A stretch of DNA of 64,000 bases from Neoechinorhynchus agilis (Eukaryota; Animalia; Acanthocephala): NCBI GenBank assembly GCA_051530055.1, contig CM121343.1, positions 5,736,389-5,800,388 on the forward strand, written 5' to 3'. The notes beneath the pieces are model-generated. The model did not search any database. It was not told the origin of the DNA and was given only the letters and a program-made list of their open reading frames with translations. The position numbers and the translations under genes were made by a program. The number at the start of each line of letters is the position of its first letter. The first letter of the stretch is position 1. Below are positions 59,206-64,000 of the stretch, piece after piece.

Positions 59206-60854
59206 ATGAACAACTTTACAAGAACATCTACTGCAGTTGATAGTGTAAAATTACCGCCTGGACGCTCGGTCATGAAATCACTAGACTTCTCGAACTTAAA
59301 GAAGCATACTCCTATAATTGCATGATTGATTGGTTTTGGGAAAAAGATTAGCTGTTTAAAAACGGAGATATTTTCTCAATGGAATCAAACAACCATTACT
59401 GTATCTTCAAGAGAAAATCCTTCGGGGTGATTTTGATGTGGTGATCATAACCCAAGGACGCAGGATTACGAGCGGAAACCTCGAGAATGGCTACAAACTT
59501 CTTAAGTGACTTGGACGAGGCTTCCTAATCTTTCGATGAACAACTTTACAAGAACATCTACTGCAGTTGATAGTGTAAAATTACCGCCTGGACGCTCGGT
59601 CATGAAATCACTAGACTTCTCGAACTTTAAGAAGCATACTCCTATAATTGCATGATTGATTGGTTTTGGGAAAAAGATTAGCTGTTTAAAAACGGAGATA
59701 TTTTCTCAATGGAATCAAACAACCATTACTGTATCTTCAAGAGAAAATCCTTCGGGATGATTTTGATGTGGTGATCATAACCCAAGGATGCAGGATTACG
59801 AGCGGAAACCTCGAGAATGGCTACAAACTTCTTAAGTGACTTGGACGAGGCTTCCTAATCTTTCGATGAACAACTTTACAAGAACATCTACTGCAGTTGA
59901 TAGTGTAAAATTACCGCCTGGACGCTCGGTCATGAAATCACTAGACTTCTCGAACTTTAAGAAGCATACTCCTATAATTGCATGATTGATTGGTTTTGGG
60001 AAAAAGATTAGCTGTTTAAAAACGGAGATATTTTCTCAATGGAATCAAACAACCATTACTGTATCTTCAAGAGAAAATCCTTCGGGATGATTTTGATGTG
60101 GTGATCATAACCCAAGGATGCAGGATTACGAGCGGAAACCTCGAGAATGGCTACAAACTTCTTAAGTGACTTGGACGAGGCTTCCTAATCTTTCGATGAA
60201 CAACTTTACAAGAACATCTACTGCAGTTGATAGTGTAAAATTACCGCCTGGACGCTCGGTCATGAAATCACTAGACTTCTCGAACTTTAAGAAGCATACT
60301 CCTATAATTGCATGATTGATTGGTTTTGGGAAAAAGATTAGCCGTTTAAAAACGGAGATATTTTCTCAATGGAATCAAACAACCATTACTGTATCTTCAA
60401 GAGAAAATCCTTCGGGATGATTTTGATGTGGTGATCATAACCCAAGGATGCAGGATTACGAGCGGAAACCTCGAGAATGGCTACAAACTTCTTAAGTGAC
60501 TTGGACGAGGCTTCCTAATCTTTCGATGAACAACTTTACAAGAACATCTACTGCAGTTGATAGTGTAAATTACCGCCTGGACGCTCGGTCATGAAATCAC
60601 TAGACTTCTCGAACTTTAAGAAGCATACTCCTATAATTGCATGATTGATTGGTTTTGGGAAAAAGATTAGCCGTTTAAAAACGGAGATATTTTCTCAATG
60701 GAATCAAACAACCATTACTGTATCTTCAAGAGAAAATCCTTCGGGATGATTTTGATGTGGTGATCATAACCAAAGGATGCAGCATTACGAGAGGAAACCT
60801 CGAGAATGGCTACAGACTTCTTAAGTGACTTGGACGAGGCTTCCTAATCTTTCG
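59206..60854. repeat. Tandem array, 5 x 330 bp
   Basis: ATGAACAACTTTACAAG at 59206, 59536, 59866, 60196 and 60526. Confidence 0.97.
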
Positions 60855-61872
60855 AACTATCGGATTGTGATTATCATGTCCGTTATCGCACTGTGGACCA
60901 ACATACAGAAGTGACGACCTCATTACCACCCCCCCCTCGCGCGCTCGGATATGTTTGTGGTTCGCTATTTGCGCGCTATTCCACAGCTTCCATCCAGTTT
61001 AGTTACGACTTTGCGGACGGTTTCAGAAAATGGACGCTGATGAAGTATGTGTTTTGTCGGGTATTCAGGACGATCAGAGTACCATTCAACTTTTCGAGAA
61101 GCAGGTTAGATCGTCTTCTGAGGGATTTGTTTGAACTCTTTTTAGGATCATTATCTTTCGTTCGGTTGCAGTGCCATTAAGCTTGCCAAGCACTATTTTA
61201 AATCGCCGACTGCTTTGTCAACCACAAATTTGGAAGGTAACTTCTCCTCATTCGCACAGTGCAACTTAATTTCATACAGGTCAGTCGGTGAAATCGTGTT
61301 GTATCAAAAAATCAGCGCTGGAGAGCGTTTTGCACTTCATATTGAACCGAATGCTGTGTCGGGTGGAGATTTGGAGTGAAACTAAGCAACTGAAAAAGAA
61401 ACTTTTATGTATAGTTAGTTTAATGATCTTTGCCTTATTATGAAGATCATCTACATTATTGGCATCACCCGGAAACATTGGTGAAATCGAGGAGTATTTA
61501 GCCACAATGAATCTTGATTCAACCGACATTCATTCGTTTTATGGAGATGGCGACATTTTGTCGTTTTGCGCTAAAACCGATGATACAGCCAAAGGCCATC
61601 GACATGGAACCGTAAGTTCTGCCTACCTTGTCCTCTTAAATTTCTTACCTTACGTTGATTTGCTCCAAAAAGCAATACTAAAATCCCATCAATTATTGAT
61701 TTTGTAGCACGTCCTAAGAATAATTAGTTTAAAATTTTTTGTCATGGATATATATTTTTTGTTTGGTAATGAGAAATAGAGATTAAAAGGTAGGTCAGGA
61801 GGGTGGCACCCTGTTTCTACCTTTTAGACCTGAAAATGTCTGACGAAATTTTGTGAAAGGAAATCAATAAAT

Positions 61873-62118
61873 TAATCTCTATTTGGAATTATTCTTTAGG
61901 TCGTCACCTAGTAAATAATTGTTTATTGAAGACGTTTCGAACCTCGTCGGGTTCATCATCCATGTGCAAAACTTACTAACAAACTGATGATTATGATGAA
62001 CCCGACGAAGTTCGAAACGTCTTTTTGATAAATAATCATTTACCGCGGGTGTAGACCTAAGCAATAATTCCAATCACATTCCCCGGTACTTCCTCACATA
62101 TTGTCATAATCTCTATTT
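61873..62118 (+). mobile_element. Foldback element A4, with 12-bp TSD
   Basis: TAATCTCTATTT at 61873-61884 and 62107-62118; both arms carry GAACC-CGACGA-(G/A)GTTC-GAAACGTC; 35-nt tail; both CUGAUGA halves are damaged. Confidence 0.88.
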
Positions 62119-62284
62119 CCCATTACCAAACAAGAAATAAGAATAACTGGAAATTCATTAGACCGATTTGACACGCAGTATTCCGAGACCGTTTCTGTTT
62201 ATTCGATTAGGTGTGATTGGAGTTAGGTGATTAGCGATCGATTAGCAATTTCATCCACGAACACTCATTTTACCCCAAATATAC

Positions 62285-62526
62285 ACAAATAAAAATGTTG
62301 CTGAGGTGATTCCTACTCTCCTGACAATAAAGATATTGATTTATTGCGATATTTCGCTGGGCAAATCCAGCATTCTCAAGCAATTTTGGATTAATGCTTG
62401 AGAATGCCGGATTTGCCCAATGAAATATCGCAATAAATCAATATCTTTATTGTCCGGAGAGTAGGAATCACGTCAGCAACACTATAATACCTCCGAGGAA
62501 CCTTTTACATCAGACAAACAAAAATG
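62285..62526 (+). mobile_element. Foldback element B (unrelated in sequence to A): near-perfect 186-nt hairpin, 33-nt tail, 13-bp TSD
   Basis: Arms 62296-~62382 and ~62395-62481 differ at about 5 positions; ACAAA(T/C)AAAAATG at 62285-62297 and 62514-62526. Confidence 0.85.
62343..62384 (-). ncRNA. Minimal type I hammerhead with the U3-A8 core covariant
   Basis: AUUGC-UUGAGAA-U-GCUGG-AUUUGC-CCAGC-GAAA-UA-UC-GCAAU: perfect 5-bp stems I and II, AUC site. Confidence 0.75.
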
Positions 62527-64000
62527 ACTGGTAAATGAGTAGATTTTTAAAGCAGCACAGCGTTTGGGAAATCAGACATTGAAGATCACTTCCTCAAGAT
62601 GAACGAAATTTGATCGAATTTACGTATAGATCGTTGACGTCTGCATTTTCAACGAGAGCGAGCAAATTTTCAAAGTTTCTCGACTGTACGACGATGAAAG
62701 CTTTATCAAATTAGAGGTTCGTTTTCAATTTGTTATTAAATGTATAACTTTTTTGCCAAATTTTGTTGCAGCATTTAATCGTTCAACACTGTATCAAGGA
62801 AATCGTATATACGTGCGACCCTTACTTTTATTCGCGAGTTCGCGAAATGTTGAAGCCCTTCGCTTCTAGCTCCCTTATTGAGGAAGTGAGAAAAAAATCA
62901 TGTATGTCTAAAATCAATATCGATAATCTACAATTCTGTTGTCATCTATCCGTTTAGTCGCTGATTGTTACGACGGCGAAAACTGTGCACTGGCCTCCAT
63001 TTTATCAAGTCATTCTCTTTCTCTCTTAAAGATCGATGGTATGCTGTGGTCTCGCACCACTTCTTCGCTTTAGCATAATTCCGTTTTATTAAGATTCAAT
63101 TGTCCGGAATGCCATCATTCCCATAAGGCTGATTTGTGATAAAAATAAAGTAAGAACCGTTAAATCGCTTTATGCGCTTAGAGTTATCTTTACAAGTTAC
63201 TTACAAGTTGCTCTTCTAACTGCTACGAGATCGAATCCCTAAATACGGAATTATTTGTGAAATTAGAACCTAGGTCATCAAGTGTCGAGGTGACTCCTTA
63301 CCGTCATAGAATTTCAACAAGTTCCGTGAAAATTTGATTTAGGAGTTTCATTGGCACAGTACCCTCTGGCCCTTAAATAGGGATTCGGGTTTAAATCCAC
63401 TTGACCACCTCAACACAACTACGGAATGTACAAACTCAGCCAATTTTATACCTCGGGGAGAAGAGGTCACCACAGTAAAGTTCTGGCACGTGCTAAAAGC
63501 TGAAATTTCTAGAAAATAGAATCATTTTTCATTTGTAATAATTACGATTGACTGTATGAGTGAAATATACTTTCTTTTTGGTGATGTGAAAAAATCTTCA
63601 GTATTCGCCTTGAAACAAAATATAGCAAGTCCACGCAAAAGTCCACTGATTAAATTATTTATCTTCCGACGCTTGCTATAGGCAATAAAATTTGAAAAAT
63701 TTGTTTTTTATTAAGTACACATTGTTTTCTGAGTACTGGTTATTCATTGTAGAACAGTTTGATATAGTCTTTCAAAACAATTGTATTAAACTAAATATTT
63801 GTAAAGATGTTATCTATAGATTGTTTTCGTCAAGACAAAATAAGGAACATTATTTAATTTTATTCATATTTCGTCCTCTAACGTGGGACTTGAAAATTGT
63901 TAAAAAATATTGAGAAATAATAGAGTTACGTAGGTTTCTCCGCAATGGAAGTTCACTCGCGAAAAAAAATATATAAGCTATAAATCTTTGTTATCTTTAC

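Noticed and set aside
62296-62481. Hairpin B as a microRNA precursor or a DNA-transposon MITE
   Set aside because: The one-sided 33-nt tail, the 13-bp TSD and the embedded HHR fit a PLE-type origin better; the stem is also longer than a typical pre-miRNA.
60893-63100. Possible first exon at 61459-61611 (GTAAGT donor) and neighbouring ORFs
   Set aside because: No homology recognised and no downstream exon could be linked.
63350-63415. tRNA/SINE-like A box (TGGCACAGT) and B-box-like GGGTTTAAATCC
   Set aside because: No cloverleaf, an imperfect B box, and no second copy, tail or TSD in the window.

Overview
Compact invertebrate (metazoan, probably protostome) genomic DNA; the species cannot be determined from the sequence. 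The genes are intron-poor, with tiny introns of 34-59 nt: eIF4E, TBCD, pygopus (plus a 1.44-kb inverted partial duplicate), a TINAG-like protein, a Sib/'integrin-beta-like' membrane protein, a C2H2 zinc-finger protein, TMEM35/NACHO, an RBBP4/7-like protein, BAZ2/toutatis and a short dystrophin. Between them lie seven tandem arrays (units of 109-330 bp, about 18% of the window) and decayed CRE-type, RTE-type and Penelope-like (PLE) retroelements. The main result is a Penelope-associated hammerhead-ribozyme (HHR) system, found by reading both strands. More than a dozen loci carry a minimal type I HHR or a relic of one. They have a loop-less palindromic stem III that covaries (AUAU/ACGU/AGCU/AUGU) and usually an extra nucleotide after A9; one has a U3-A8 core covariant. 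These HHRs sit (i) just 3' of three GIY-YIG relics, (ii) in several unrelated families of ORF-less foldback elements built as TSD - inverted arm - arm - 29-42-nt tail - TSD (TSDs of 12-13 bp), and (iii) as an 8-copy 109-bp array just downstream of TBCD, in sense orientation. All folds were derived by hand, and no cleavage, expression or database novelty has been tested. Scattered single-base deletions in one array suggest an imperfectly polished long-read assembly, so isolated frameshifts should be treated with caution.
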